Below are positions 1-13,296 of a stretch of DNA of 64,000 nucleotides, in pieces; the stretch's first letter is position 1; each line of letters starts with the position of its first letter. The translations under genes and the position numbers were made by a program. The stretch is from Octopus vulgaris. Lineage: Eukaryota. The stretch covers positions 46,562,001 to 46,626,000 of the forward strand of contig OX597828.1 in assembly GCA_951406725.2 (NCBI GenBank), read 5' to 3'. The notes beneath the pieces were generated by a model. The model was not told the DNA's origin. It saw nothing but the letters and a program-made list of their open reading frames with translations, and did no database searches.

Positions 1-126
1 AGGAAGTCGTACGTACCCCAGAAAAGTGGGTTTTCTGCTCCCAGGGGCCCAATTGTTCATTATGTGAAAAATTTTAAGAGCCTAAAACGAGAAAATCAGT
101 TGCGAACCTCAGAATTCTTGCGAGTT

Positions 127-164
<38 letters not shown>

Positions 165-174
165 TTTATATAGA
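1..174 (-). mobile_element. 5' end of a non-autonomous Helitron-like element (continues beyond window start)
   Basis: Minus strand begins A|TCTATATAAAACTC(TG)n, the same 5'-TC terminus style as the complete Helitron at 16800-17193. It interrupts the 3' end of the adjacent maT element. Confidence 0.5.
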
Positions 175-175
175 T

Positions 176-1397
176 ATATATTTTCCAAAATTACATAAAA
201 TATCTTGAAATACTAACGGGTAAATTTATTCAATAAAATCGTCATTCGCTTCAACTACGCCCTCCAGACGACTTCGGAATCTGCTGCAACTCTTCTGGAC
301 GGTTTCCTTGTTTAGGTTGGTGGATGCTGTCATAATCTTTGCTTTCAGTTTAGCTTTGGTGTTACAAGGCGTTTTACTGCTATCTCGCTCAATAGCGCCC
401 CACACATAATAATCAATGGGGTTGCAGTTTAGGGAGTTAGGTGGCCTGATCTTAGGTGTGATGTGGTCAGAGAAATTGTCTGACAGCCATGACTGAGTTC
501 TCCTGCTTCTGTGACATGGTGCACAGTCCTGTTGCCAGTCACAAGGTCTTCCTGTAGCCACCCTCTTGGCCCAGGAGATACATCATCAAATACATCCTCC
601 CGGTACTTGATGTAAGCCCCCGTGTTGAGTCTGAGGCCGTGTGGGAAGATGAATGGAGGTATCACGTCTCCCTCACAACTGATCACTCCAAACACCATGA
701 TGTTTGATATTTATCACTCTCGGTACATGTTTTGGGGACACGGCAAGCTAACGGTTGCTCTGTGTGTTCGCCACCTGGTCCTGGCAGAAATTTTTCTCGT
801 CTGAGAGAAACCAAAGCATGTTCGGTTGGAGATGATGCTTGTGTTTGTGCGTTGCTCGGCCTTTCCTCTTGTCCTTGATGGCTCGGGATAAAAATTGGCC
901 GTTTTTTTAATCTTGTATGGGGAATACCGAATGTTGTCATGCACTACCTGCCTGATTAGAAACTGATCAGACACTCCTATGTCATTGGTGATGTACCTGT
1001 TTGTTTTCCAGGGATCATTGTCAATTATGACTTGGATCTCACCAGCAAATTTAAGAGTTCTTTTCTTATTACAATGATCAGAGTGAGTTTTCCAAGCTGC
1101 CGTACCTTCGTAATTACCATTAGACTCATCCCACTCTTTCTGAATCCTCTGCACTGACCTCAAATTGACAACCAAATACTGACATGTTCCTATTGGGGCT
1201 TCCGGTGCGAATGCCAAGCAGTACAGCACGTCGTTTCCAAATTTCTGGCAGAGTGAATTGCGTCATGCTGCTGTTCTTCTCACAGACAGTATCCAACTGA
1301 CTCTTCTATAATGTGTAGTCGGCAAAATCTAAAACAAGCAATACATATGCCTGAAATTTAAATTATAAGATAGTAATAATTTACCCATGGCAACCTG
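176..1397 (-). mobile_element. Decayed Tc1/mariner-superfamily DD37D (maT-type) DNA transposon
   Basis: Frameshifted transposase pieces: MVFGVISCEG..PPFIFPHG and WQQDCAPCH...PPNSLNCNPIDYYVWG, with 37 residues between the 2nd and 3rd Asp. 5' terminus TA|CAGGTTGCCATGGGTAAATT at 1397. 3' TIR not in the window. Confidence 0.85.
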
Positions 1398-1777
1398 TAT
1401 ATATATATGTATATATAGAGAGAGAGATGTATATAGATATATGTGTGTGTATATTGGTATCCGTACATAATGAACATCCATAAAGAATATATTATATGCA
1501 GTCATACTGACATACATAAGAAGTATGAGTGTTTGGTCAACCAGATTCGCCAGGAGCCATGTGAGTGTCGACTTGTGAGTTCGATTCTGCCTGGGGTTAG
1601 CTCGTGATTTTACATTCATTTGTTTATATTTTTAAAAATTGACGATTCAAATCGGGGAATGAATATCATTATGATATATATTATACAGTTATTATACTAT
1701 GAGCATTCCATAATAGCTTTTTGTCTGTAACTCGCAAAACCATTCGGGGTTGTTAATAACAAGATTATTTATGTAGT

Positions 1778-2158
<381 letters not shown>

Positions 2159-2683
2159 CACTCATACGTGTATGTGTGTGTGTGTGTGTGCGCGCGCGCG
2201 TGTATGTGCGTGAGTATGTATAGATATATACATATGTGCGAATTTCTGTTTTTGCGTATGAATATTTGTAGATACATATTGATATGTTTATTTATATCAT
2301 TTTTGATATGCATAAACACGAACGTACATTTATGATTATTTATGTAGTACTTTGGCAAGCTGATGCTTGTTTCGGGTCTAGTGTCTATCCACAAAGACAC
2401 TTGTTACACTATAAGGCATTAAACGAAGTGGGAAGAAAAACGTTGATAAAATGACAAGATTTAATATTCCGAAAACTAAATTACAAGTTTATACCTAAGA
2501 GAAAAGAAGAGCACTTGACGTTTAGTATATTTTAAAGAGTGCAATATCATACACACACTCGTCTGTATATTTTCTCCCTACTTACACAAATAGATACCTA
2601 TGTGCATGTTTATGTGTGTGAGTCTGTGTGTGTGTGTGTGTGTGTGTGTGCATAGCTAGATATACAATATGTATATATAAGTA

Positions 2684-2903
2684 GGCAGAAACGTTAGCGC
2701 GCCGGGCGAAACGCTTAGCGGTATTTCGTCTGTCGTTACATTCTGAGTTCAAATTACGCCGAGGTCGACTTTGCCTTTCATCCCTTTGGGGTCGATAAAT
2801 AAAGTACCAGTTGCGTACTGGGGTCGATGTAATCGACTTAATCCGTTTGTTTGTCCTTGTTTATCCCCTCTATGTTTAGCCCCTTGTGGGCAGTTAAGAA
2901 ATA
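2684..2903 (+). mobile_element. SINE family C (5' truncated)
   Basis: B-box-like GAGTTCAAAT, central GTCGACTTTGCCTTTCATCC..GGGGTCGATAAA, tail ...AGCCCCTTGTGGGCAGTTAAGAAATA. Many copies in the window. Confidence 0.85.
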
Positions 2904-2950
2904 TATATAAATATATATATATATGTATAGATTTATAAAGGAATTGATAA

Positions 2951-2988
<38 letters not shown>

Positions 2989-2997
2989 AAATATATA

Positions 2998-4079
<1,082 letters not shown>

Positions 4080-4434
4080 GTATGTATATATATAAATATA
4101 TATAAGCAGTAGAAGATTGTATAATATATCGAATATTATTTTAAAGATCTGAAAAATATATGAAAAGGTATTTTTGAAAAACATATAAAAAGTTACTGAT
4201 TTTGATTTAGGTAGGTAGACATTGGTATGAAAATTTTAAAGTTTGTATATACATATCCTTGGTAAGTTCACCTCGGTAATCCATGATAATTTTGTGTAAG
4301 TGGTACCTTATCCTGCATTCCATATTTGAAACGTAGAAGTTTGGTTTTGGTGAAAGTATTACAATTATATTTTTTATTTGTATAGTTCGAAGATATCAAT
4401 TTAAATTTGATTTTTTTATTACAACTGTAAAGGT

Positions 4435-4703
4435 CTATTTATTTACATTATTTTCATTATTTATATTTGACGGATATTTGTCCTCATCTTGTTTGTTGTT
4501 AACACAACGTTTCGGTTGATATACCCTCCAGCCTTCATCAGGTGTCTTCGGGAAATTTTGAACCTTGGTTCTCATTCTTAGGTATTTTTTGATATTGTTA
4601 TTATTATTATTATCATTTTTATTAAGATCACTGCCTGGAGTCGAATTCCCAATATTCGGGTTAGTAGCTCGCGCTCTTAACCACTATGCCACATGACCGT
4701 GGG
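4435..4703 (-). mobile_element. tRNA-headed SINE-like element with a hammerhead-containing (Penelope-type) tail
   Basis: A box TGGCATAGTGG and B box-like AATTCGACTCC (~4635-4695), (AAT)n spacer, HHR, and (TAAATAATG)-like tail. Confidence 0.7.
4501..4546 (-). ncRNA. Minimal type-I hammerhead ribozyme
   Basis: GACAC-CUGAUGA-A-GGCUG-loop-CAACC-GAAAC-GUU^GUGUU. Palindromic AACGUU stem III. One stem-II mismatch relative to the copy at 40607. Confidence 0.8.
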
Positions 4704-4957
4704 TATATGGCGTAGGCCTATTTATTTTAGGTTAAATGTACGGTTTCAAATTCTAAGAAAACCAATTTATCAATCGTTTAATGTATAATATATGTCGTGT
4801 AAATATGTTTATAGTCAAAAATTTTAGTTTATAATTATCTCCTTATTTTGTTTATAATTATAATTTACAATTATCTCCTTATTTTGATACCGCGACTATC
4901 AATAATAATAGACTCGAATGTAAATCTTTATTGGAGTTTTCATTATATTTTTGTATG

Positions 4958-5006
<49 letters not shown>

Positions 5007-5096
5007 GCGCATAAAGTTACATAATGGACATGTATACAGACACAGATGTGTATGTATGTATGCATGTATGTGTGTGTGTGAGTGCGTGTGTGTGTT

Positions 5097-7204
5097 CTAG
5101 GTGAATGACCCGGCATTACCGGGGTTACTGCTGTTCTTATCACGAGTAGTAAACAAAAAATATAAAAATATATTCACAGAGGTATTTCAAAATATCTATA
5201 TTTTATTGAAAAATATCCAAATTGTAATCATAATAGAATTTCGAATTGAAAATCTGTCAACACTGAAGCACCTTAGGGTAAACAATATTCATTGTATAAT
5301 TTTTTTTTTTTTTGGTGTCGAAATGAATAAATAGTCGCAGCTTCCAACTGGTGAGCAAGCAAATTAGACTTGGCCGTGGAAGAAGCATGTAGTAGAGAGA
5401 TCGAGTTCAACTACCTTGAGGGATTGACCCTGAGATTTGTTAATTGAAATACTAAAACTTAGTTTGACTGGAAATTGAAGTGTCTTACATTCAAATGGAG
5501 CATCTGTAGCTACGAGAGGATTTTTGGGGAATAAAGACATTTTTTCCTTTGTGACTACCTGTTATGATTTTTGCCTGTATGACATGGGGCTTCATGAAAG
5601 TAACGAATAAACGAGTTCCATTACACAGGTGAGATGGGTCAAGATTCCTAAGCAACATAATTGGAGCACACAGTTTTAGTGCCAAGTTAAGCGGTGGCAT
5701 CCCAGTGGTTCAGTGTGTTCAGAAATTCAACATCTTGATTTTGATCGGCTGTTGTCGATTGACCGAAAACACATCTCTGATGTATCTGCTAACTTTTGAG
5801 GAAGTTCATGATTGAGTTTATCAATCATTTCATTAGTTGGAGCTAGTATAGCTGTTTCACATAGCAAGTTTACATCAGTGTACTTGACAGATAAAGTAGG
5901 AAATACTAAGAGAAAGCATGTAATTTCATGTAGCTGAAGTTTTGAGTTGAATGTGAATATTCCATTATCAATATTAAGAAGCTCATATGATCACCTTGTA
6001 GAAGTATTCTAATGCAGCTTGTAAAATGAAGGATTTTCACGTCTCCAAGGGTACGAGTTTTTGAAGCATGCATTGACTTCATCAGCTTTTGATCGTTTGG
6101 GGATGACTGACAACGTTTGACCAAAACCTCCTGCAAGAATTTTACTTCTCCCATGAGCGTGCTATTGATTCTTATGTCTTGGAAGGTACGGTCAAGTACC
6201 TCTGGAGTTCCTCGGTGTGACAGTGCACTCATACCAAAAAATTAGACAAGTTTGTTGGAGAACTGTTCCCATTGCAGAGTTTCTAGAAATGTTGCACATT
6301 TCAGTTTCTTTCATTGCAACATTTAGAAGGAGCTTGAACATGGAATGAGTAGTTCTTCTTCCATTGAGGAGGGTAGCTGCAATGCCCGAAGATGCAACAC
6401 TGGAAGAAGGTAAGATTTTATTTCCTCCTATTTAGGACTGAAGGAGAAATTGACTAAAAGATCTGGTTTTCCATATGTCCTGACATGTCATAGCATCTTG
6501 TGTTCGTTTGTGTATATATCGAGGTCCACCTGTGAATGATGATGGGAGGATTATAAGTTGCCCCATGTTTTGGATATTACCATCTGTCCTCAGAGCATCT
6601 TGGAGATGAAAATAATTTTTAGCATCTTTCACTCTTTTACTCTTTTATTTGTTTCAGTCATTTGACTGCGGCCATGCTGGAGCACCGCCTATTAGTCGAG
6701 TAAATCGACCCCAGGACTTATTCTTTTTAAGCCTAGTACTTATTCTATCGGTCTCTTATGCCGAACCGCTAAGTTACGGGGATGGAAAGACACCAGCATT
6801 GGTTGTCAAGCGATGTTGGGGGGACAAACACAGACACAAACATATACGTTCCACAGAATAAGAGGATAATAGAGACCATCATAAGAGGGGTGTGTCTCTG
6901 AAACACGTCTAAGATTGTTATCTCGAGCACGAATGAGACTATCACGATTTTCATGGAGATCACTTGCCATAAAGATGGTTATTTCATTAGATGTGGGCTC
7001 ATTAGAACGGCGTAAAATGTCCTTTACTATAATTGACTATAGACGTAACGAACGCGGAAACACACAAACACACACACACATTCACAGACACATAGGCACT
7101 CATAAAACTAATAATACTGAAAACAGCAAAACGTATATACGCGAAATTCCCGCAAACCGAAATGTAGACGATATTGGTGCCAAATATACTTTCTGTAGTA
7201 TAGA
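5097..7204 (-). mobile_element. Internally deleted, decayed autonomous-type Helitron (Rep/helicase remnants)
   Basis: 5' A|TCTATACTAC at 7204. Pieces RRSNEPTSNE...RVSETHPSYDGLYYPL (~6850-7015), IILPSSFTGGPRYIHKRTQDAM (Rep), PIMLLRNLD..LCNGTRL and QFPVKLSF..TKSQGQSL (Pif1 helicase). 3' hairpin CCCGGTAATGCCGGG followed by CTAG at 5097. Confidence 0.88.
6631..6848 (-). mobile_element. SINE family A 3' half, nested in the Helitron
   Basis: Matches the family A tail. Confidence 0.85.
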
Positions 7205-7417
7205 TATGCTTTTGAAATTTTTTTTTTAATATTTCCAGAAGAAATATTCCAGCATCGAAAAGTCACCAATGTAAGAACTCTTTTACCCTTTTACTTGTTT
7301 GAGTCATTTGACTTCGGCCATGCTGGAGGGCCACCTTCTAGTTGAACAAATCAACCCCAGGACTTATTTTTTGTAAGCCTAGTATTTATTCTATCGGTTT
7401 CTTTCGATATATAACGT

Positions 7418-7695
7418 TATCACATGACCGACCAGGCTATCAGATGTTGCTACACATCGCTGGTCACAATGCGCTTCACATTATTTTAGCCTTCAAATGG
7501 CGCCACCCCGCTGGCTAAGCGATCAGACCAACAGAAGAAAGAGTGAGAGAAAGTTGCGGCGAATGAGTACAGCAGAAATCGCCGCCACTCCCTGCCGGAG
7601 CCTTGTGGAGCTTTTGGTGTTTTCGGTCAATAAACACTCACAACGCCCGGTCTGGGAATCGAAACCGCGATCCTACCAATGGGCTATTGCGCCGC

Positions 7696-7698
<3 letters not shown>
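7418..7698 (-). mobile_element. SINE family B (tail type 2), internally deleted
   Basis: Head GTGGCGGCGCAATAGCCC..GGTTTCGATTCCCAG. Tail ..GCGATGTGTAGCAACATCTGATAGCCTGGTCGGTCA. Confidence 0.8.
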
Positions 7699-7731
<33 letters not shown>

Positions 7732-7748
7732 GTATATTCGTAATTATG

Positions 7749-7785
<37 letters not shown>

Positions 7786-7832
7786 GAACGCATATTCCCA
7801 ATTATGTATGTGTGTGTGTATGTATGTATCTA

Positions 7833-7877
<45 letters not shown>

Positions 7878-8163
7878 TGTTGTGTCCCGGGAGAGTCATC
7901 ATCATGCCAATAAAATTAACCCACACACTGGTTCAATACCACGCGTTAATTAAATCGCTTATCTTTTTTCAAAGATCTTTCGTTGCTTTTTTGTGATTGT
8001 ATACAAAAAACTAAGGTATTTAATAAATGAGTGGAATTTAACCTGTGTATGTCTTAATTATCATGGCATAATCACTCTGCGTAGACACAATAAAGATCTG
8101 TTTCAACCACGAATTCACATAGTGTGTCTTGCAAACCAGATACGAAACGAAGTATGTATATAC

Positions 8164-8315
<152 letters not shown>

Positions 8316-8489
8316 TTATATACATATATATTCTATTGCTTGTTTCAGTCATTTGACTGCAGCTATGCTGGAGCACCGCCTTTAGACGGCTTGAGGCTAT
8401 AGTAGAAGACATTTGCTCAGGGTGCCACAGGACTGAACCCGGAACCATGCGGTTGGTAAGCAAGCAACTTACCACACAACCACTCTTAT

Positions 8490-8857
8490 TTATAGTGAGA
8501 ATTTACAAAAAAAAAACAAAAAAAAAAGATGAATAAGGGTGTGTAAACAACAAATAGATGTATTATTTTAACGCTCGGGAAGTGAGAAAGTCTTTTATGT
8601 TTCGAGCCTACGCTCTTCGACAGAAAGGAACACATAAATAAGCAGGGAGAGAAAATAGAAAAGGGTTTAGTGGCTAGAGAAGCGACAATAACAAAAAGCA
8701 GAAAGTACAAAAACATTTGAAGGTATGAAAAAAGCAGTGGTTGAATGTATTTAGTAGTGTCGAGGAGTTGTGTGTTAACATGTGGAATGCCTCTTTCAGG
8801 CATAACGTACAGGCTAAGTGTTGACCCTGGTATGGAAGCCAAGGACCATGACATCAC
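8490..8857 (-). mobile_element. Penelope-like element 3' end (ORF C-terminus plus HHR-like motif)
   Basis: An alternative frame reads PYQGQHLACTLCLKEAFHMLTHNSSTLLN, resembling the PLE C-terminal PY..CxLCLxE..LLN motif. HHR-like motif follows at 8592-8627. Related 3' ends at ~9560-9735 and ~28350-28492. Confidence 0.65.
8592..8627 (-). ncRNA. Hammerhead-like motif with non-canonical core (CUGUCGA)
   Basis: CUUU-CUGUCGA-A-GAGC-GUAG-GCUC-GAAAC-AUA^AAAG. Confidence 0.55.
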
Positions 8858-9074
8858 GTGATCGTCAAAATTATCTGTTCTTGCTATACATCGCCGATCA
8901 TAATGCGCTTTACATCGTTTTAGCTGATCGGAATGCTAGTCCAGCGTAAGGTTGGCTATTTGAAGCTGAGTGAGCAAGGGCAACGAGAAATGACGTGTTT
9001 TGCTTGATTTCACAACACGCAGCAGTTCTGGGAATTCAGAAGACGATCTTCCGAGCATGAATGCAACGTACCTT

Positions 9075-9493
9075 AGGCGCAGGAGTGGCTGTTTGGTAAG
9101 TAGCTTGTTTACCAACCACATGGTTCCGGGTTCAGTCCCACTGCGTGGCACCTTGGGCAAGTGTCTTCTACTATAGCCTCGGGCCGACCAAAGCCTTGTG
9201 AGTGGATTTGGTAGACGGAAACTGAAAGAAGCCTGTCGTATATATGTATATATATATATATATGCGTGTGTGTGTTTGTGTGTCTGTATTTGTCCCCCTA
9301 GCATTGCTTGACAACCGATGCTGGTGTGTTTATGTCCCCGTTACTTAGCGGTTCGGCAAAAGAGACCGATAAAATAAGTACTGGGCTTACAAAAGAATAA
9401 GTCCCGGGGTCGAGTTGCTCGATTAAAGGCGGTGCTCCAGCATGGCCGCAGTCAAATGACTGAAACAAGTAACAGAGTAAAAGAGTAAAGAGT
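9075..9493 (+). mobile_element. Full-length SINE family A nested in an old family-B SINE
   Basis: Complete head to tail, flanked by a GTACCT duplication. Old B-type pieces at ~8855-9070 and 9494-9520. Confidence 0.9.
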
Positions 9494-9814
9494 ACCTAAC
9501 CACTAAACCACGTTCCTTCACACATATTCTTATGTATATATGATTGACCGCTAAATCCACAAGTATTTTCTTTGTTTCATTCTCTCTCTGCTTATTTCCT
9601 GGTGTTCCTGTCTATTGAAGAGCGTACACTCGAAACCTAAAAGACTTTCTCACTCTCCTGAGCGTCAAACAAATACACCTGCGTGTTGTTTATAAACATG
9701 CGTTCGCCTTTTGTTTTTCTGTAAATTTCAACTATATATACATACATATCTGTGTGTGTATGTGTGTGTGTATGTGTGTGTGTGTGTGTGTGTTTATGTA
9801 TGTATATGTATGGG

Positions 9815-9972
9815 GTGCAGGCACGGCTTTGTGATAAGAAGCTTGTTTCCACACCTGTTCTGGGTTCAGTCCCACTGTGTGGCAACTTGGGCAAGTGTCC
9901 TCTACTATAGCCTAGGGCCGACCAAACCCTTGTGAGTGGATTTGGTCGACAGATACTGAAAGAAGACCGTTG

Positions 9973-10069
<97 letters not shown>

Positions 10070-10305
10070 TGGGGGCTGTATGTATGTATTCATTTGTATG
10101 TGTGTGTCTGTGTTTGTTCCTCCACCATGACTTCACAACCGATTTTAGTGCGTTTACTGTCACCATAAAATAGCGCTTCGGCAAGAGAGACCGATAGAAT
10201 AAGTACTAGGCTTACAAACAATAAGTCCTGATGTCGATTTGTTCGACTAAAGGCGGTGCTCCAGCATGACGACAGTCAAAAGTCTGAAAGAAATAAAAGA
10301 ATAAA
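9815..10305 (+). mobile_element. Older, diverged SINE family A copy
   Basis: Diverged head and tail with an expanded internal (TA)n. Confidence 0.8.
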
Positions 10306-10326
10306 ATAATATATACATATATATAT

Positions 10327-10591
10327 ATCACCGTGACCGACCAGACTATCAGATGTTGTTACACATCGCTGGTCACAATGCGCTTTGCATTGTTTTAGCC
10401 TTCAAGTGACGCCACCTCGCTGGCTAAGCGAGCAGGCCAACAGAAGAAAGAGTGAGAGAAAGTTGTGGCGAAAGAGTACATCAGGGATCGCCACCACCCC
10501 CTGCCGGAGCCTCGTGGAGCTTCTGGGAATCGAAACCGCGATCCTACAACCGCGAGTCCGCTGCCCTAACCACTGGGCCATTGCGTCTCCA
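10327..10591 (-). mobile_element. SINE family B (tail type 2)
   Basis: tRNA-like head and the same tail as 7418-7698. Confidence 0.85.
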
Positions 10592-10609
10592 TATATATGT
10601 ATATATGTA

Positions 10610-10677
<68 letters not shown>

Positions 10678-10684
<7 letters not shown>

Positions 10685-11019
10685 TCAATATATATATATA
10701 ATTAATCAATATAGGGTGGCAAAAAAAATTTTGTAGAATTCTTTTGCCACCAGCGGCCTAGTGGGAAAAAAATTAAATAGTCATAAACCATTTTTAAGTT
10801 CAACATCACAATCAAGGAACGGCCATAATAGGCCATTCACCCACTAGAAATAACAGCCAAAAAGCTTTAACCGCAAAATAACGTCAATTCCGTAAACCAG
10901 GAGAAAATTAAATGTTTTTTAATTTTCTCCTGGTTTACGGAATTGACGTTATTTTGCGGTTAAAGCTTTTGGCTGTTATTTCTAGTGGGTGAATGGCCTA
11001 TTATGGCCGTTCCTTGATT

Positions 11020-11024
<5 letters not shown>
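10678..11024. mobile_element. Truncated, fold-back (inverted) insertion of the 491-bp retrozyme-like element
   Basis: 10699-10912 matches the first ~215 bp of the unit at 51301. 10805-11024 is a ~108-bp-arm palindrome. (TA)n flanks. Confidence 0.92.
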
Positions 11025-11084
<60 letters not shown>

Positions 11085-11415
11085 GGGGAAGGAGGAATGC
11101 ATACATGCATACATACTGACGTACATACTTATAGGCATAAATGCGTTTATACATATATGTACGTATTATGTATATGCATTTGAATTTTTGTCTATATATA
11201 CACATGTCAACAAGTTTGTTCCGATCGAAACTGTATCCAGTATTGTTTGGTTATACAACTCCATCCAACAGACTTCTAGCGTTAATAGTTTTCGCCTTTT
11301 TGTTTGTGTTGAGTGTTTTCTGAATACGTGTTTCTGTTTGTGTGTGGGACCTGTCTTGTGTGTATGGGTGTGGCTGCTCGTGTATGCATGTGTACGTGTG
11401 TGTACGTATGCATGC

Positions 11416-11454
<39 letters not shown>

Positions 11455-11568
11455 TGTGTTCATGTGTGTGTTCTGACTATAGACTTTTAATATTGTACCA
11501 AGTTACAGTATCCTATCCTGTGATATCAATATCTGTATAGACGTTCGGCTGGGCAACAAATATGCATC

Positions 11569-11620
<52 letters not shown>

Positions 11621-11747
11621 CGTGCGTGTGTGTATACACACACATATATATACATGTATATATACATATTTATACATATATACATACATGCACACAATCA
11701 CATATATATAACGTAAAATAGCATAATATATATGTGTGTGTATGTAT

Positions 11748-11802
<55 letters not shown>

Positions 11803-11839
11803 ACACATATATATACAGAGACACATATATATACATACA

Positions 11840-11874
<35 letters not shown>

Positions 11875-12199
11875 GCACATATATATACTGATATATTGTG
11901 TAGAATGTTAGATATATATGTATAGACATATATCTGTAGAGTGTTAATGTGAGACTAAATAACATAATAGGCAATACATTATGAAAATGGCGACAATAAG
12001 AACGACAACAGCAGACTCATTTTATACCATCTAAAGTTTCATGTTTTAAAAATTATCGTACAAGTTTCAAAGCAGGCATAACTATATTTCAGCTGAACTG
12101 AAATAAGCGAACATAACACTACAATTTTATAAGTATATGTTTAATACCACTGATGAAACACAAGACCATTAATCTTAAATACAGACACATACATGCATA

Positions 12200-12480
12200 G
12201 TCACTCTCTTACATGAAGAGAAGATCACACTTTTAAACATACAGTCTTACTTAAGTAGAAAGTGGATAACTACGGACAACTGCTTCTACACCCAGTATAT
12301 AAGTTTACGTTACAGCAGTAATAATTGGTGATCTTGCTTTCCCAAGTGAATGGCTAAGGGATAATCTGTATAAGCTCGGGTTTTCAGAAAAAGAATCCAG
12401 CCAGCTAATTCGCAAATTGCAAATAAAATTTGTAAGTGGAACAATCAAAATATGCAAGATTTTTCTGGATTTTCAAAACG
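12200..12480 (+). mobile_element. Decayed C-terminus of an RLE-type (R4-like) non-LTR retrotransposon
   Basis: Frames join to KVDNYGQLL..HPVYKFT..AVIIGDLA..LRDNLYKLGFSEKE..LIRKLQIK..GTIKICKIFL. Recognised by eye. Confidence 0.5.
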
Positions 12481-12619
12481 TGAGGTTGATTATCTATATT
12501 CCAGTAAAAGAATTTTGTATTCTTCTAACAAAGTACCTCTTTTACATAAAGAAGGAAAACTTTCCGCGGATGAAGCTAATCTAGTTTTGTTATTTGAAAA
12601 AACAAATTTTCTTTCTGTG

Positions 12620-12785
12620 ATACACGATACCTTTTGATCGCTTTTTTTCCCCCGACCACTTTTCATCGAAATTTTACATTTGTTTCCTGTATTTTTTCTT
12701 TTTCCTTTTCCATCTTAGAAAAGAAAAGCTCTACATTTGTATTTTTCCCCTCTGTGTCCAGCCCTGTGTGGCCAATAGAGAAAGT
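12620..12785 (+). mobile_element. Diverged LINE 3' UTR fragment ending at (ATCT)n
   Basis: Similar to 13170-13295 (GAAAAGCTCTAC..TCTGTGT..AGCCCTGTGTGGC.AA.A.AGAAA). Confidence 0.6.
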
Positions 12786-12787
12786 TG

Positions 12788-12856
<69 letters not shown>

Positions 12857-12897
12857 ATATCTATCTCTCTGTCTGTATGTCTGTCTTTCTCTCTCTA

Positions 12898-13296
12898 TGA
12901 CGAAGCCACCTTGAGCATAATCCTATGAACCCAGAAATTGAAAACAGAGAGTTGCTTATTTGCAAAAAAAAAAAAAAGAAATATAACATGTGACTCCATT
13001 GACCGAGGTTACCGTGGTCTTTTCCGTAGGCTTTTCTTTCCACGGGTAAACCTCACCTGTCCTCCCCTTTACACTTCATATTGACATTTCTGTGATAACG
13101 ATCCCTATTGATCAATTTTTTTTCCTCTCCCCTTTTTTTTAACCCCCTCCTTTTTTTGTCCTCTTTCTCTCCTTTTACGATCCCTTTTGATCGAAACTCC
13201 CCCTTCCTTTTTTTTTTTTTTAACCTTCAAAAGAAAAGCTCTACCTTGTAATTTGTTCTATCTGTGTGCAGCCCTGTGTGGCTAACAAAGAAACAT
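12898..13296 (+). mobile_element. 5'-truncated LINE 3' end (probably Tx1/L1 type) inside an (ATCT)n-type tract
   Basis: Short ORF end DEATLSIIL*, pyrimidine-rich UTR, AACAAAGAAA terminus followed by ATCT repeats. Confidence 0.6.

Noticed and set aside
12150-12170. Isolated CTGATGA (also at 17757-17764 minus, and CTGAAGA at 59316)
   Set aside because: No matching stem II/GAAA/stem I geometry.
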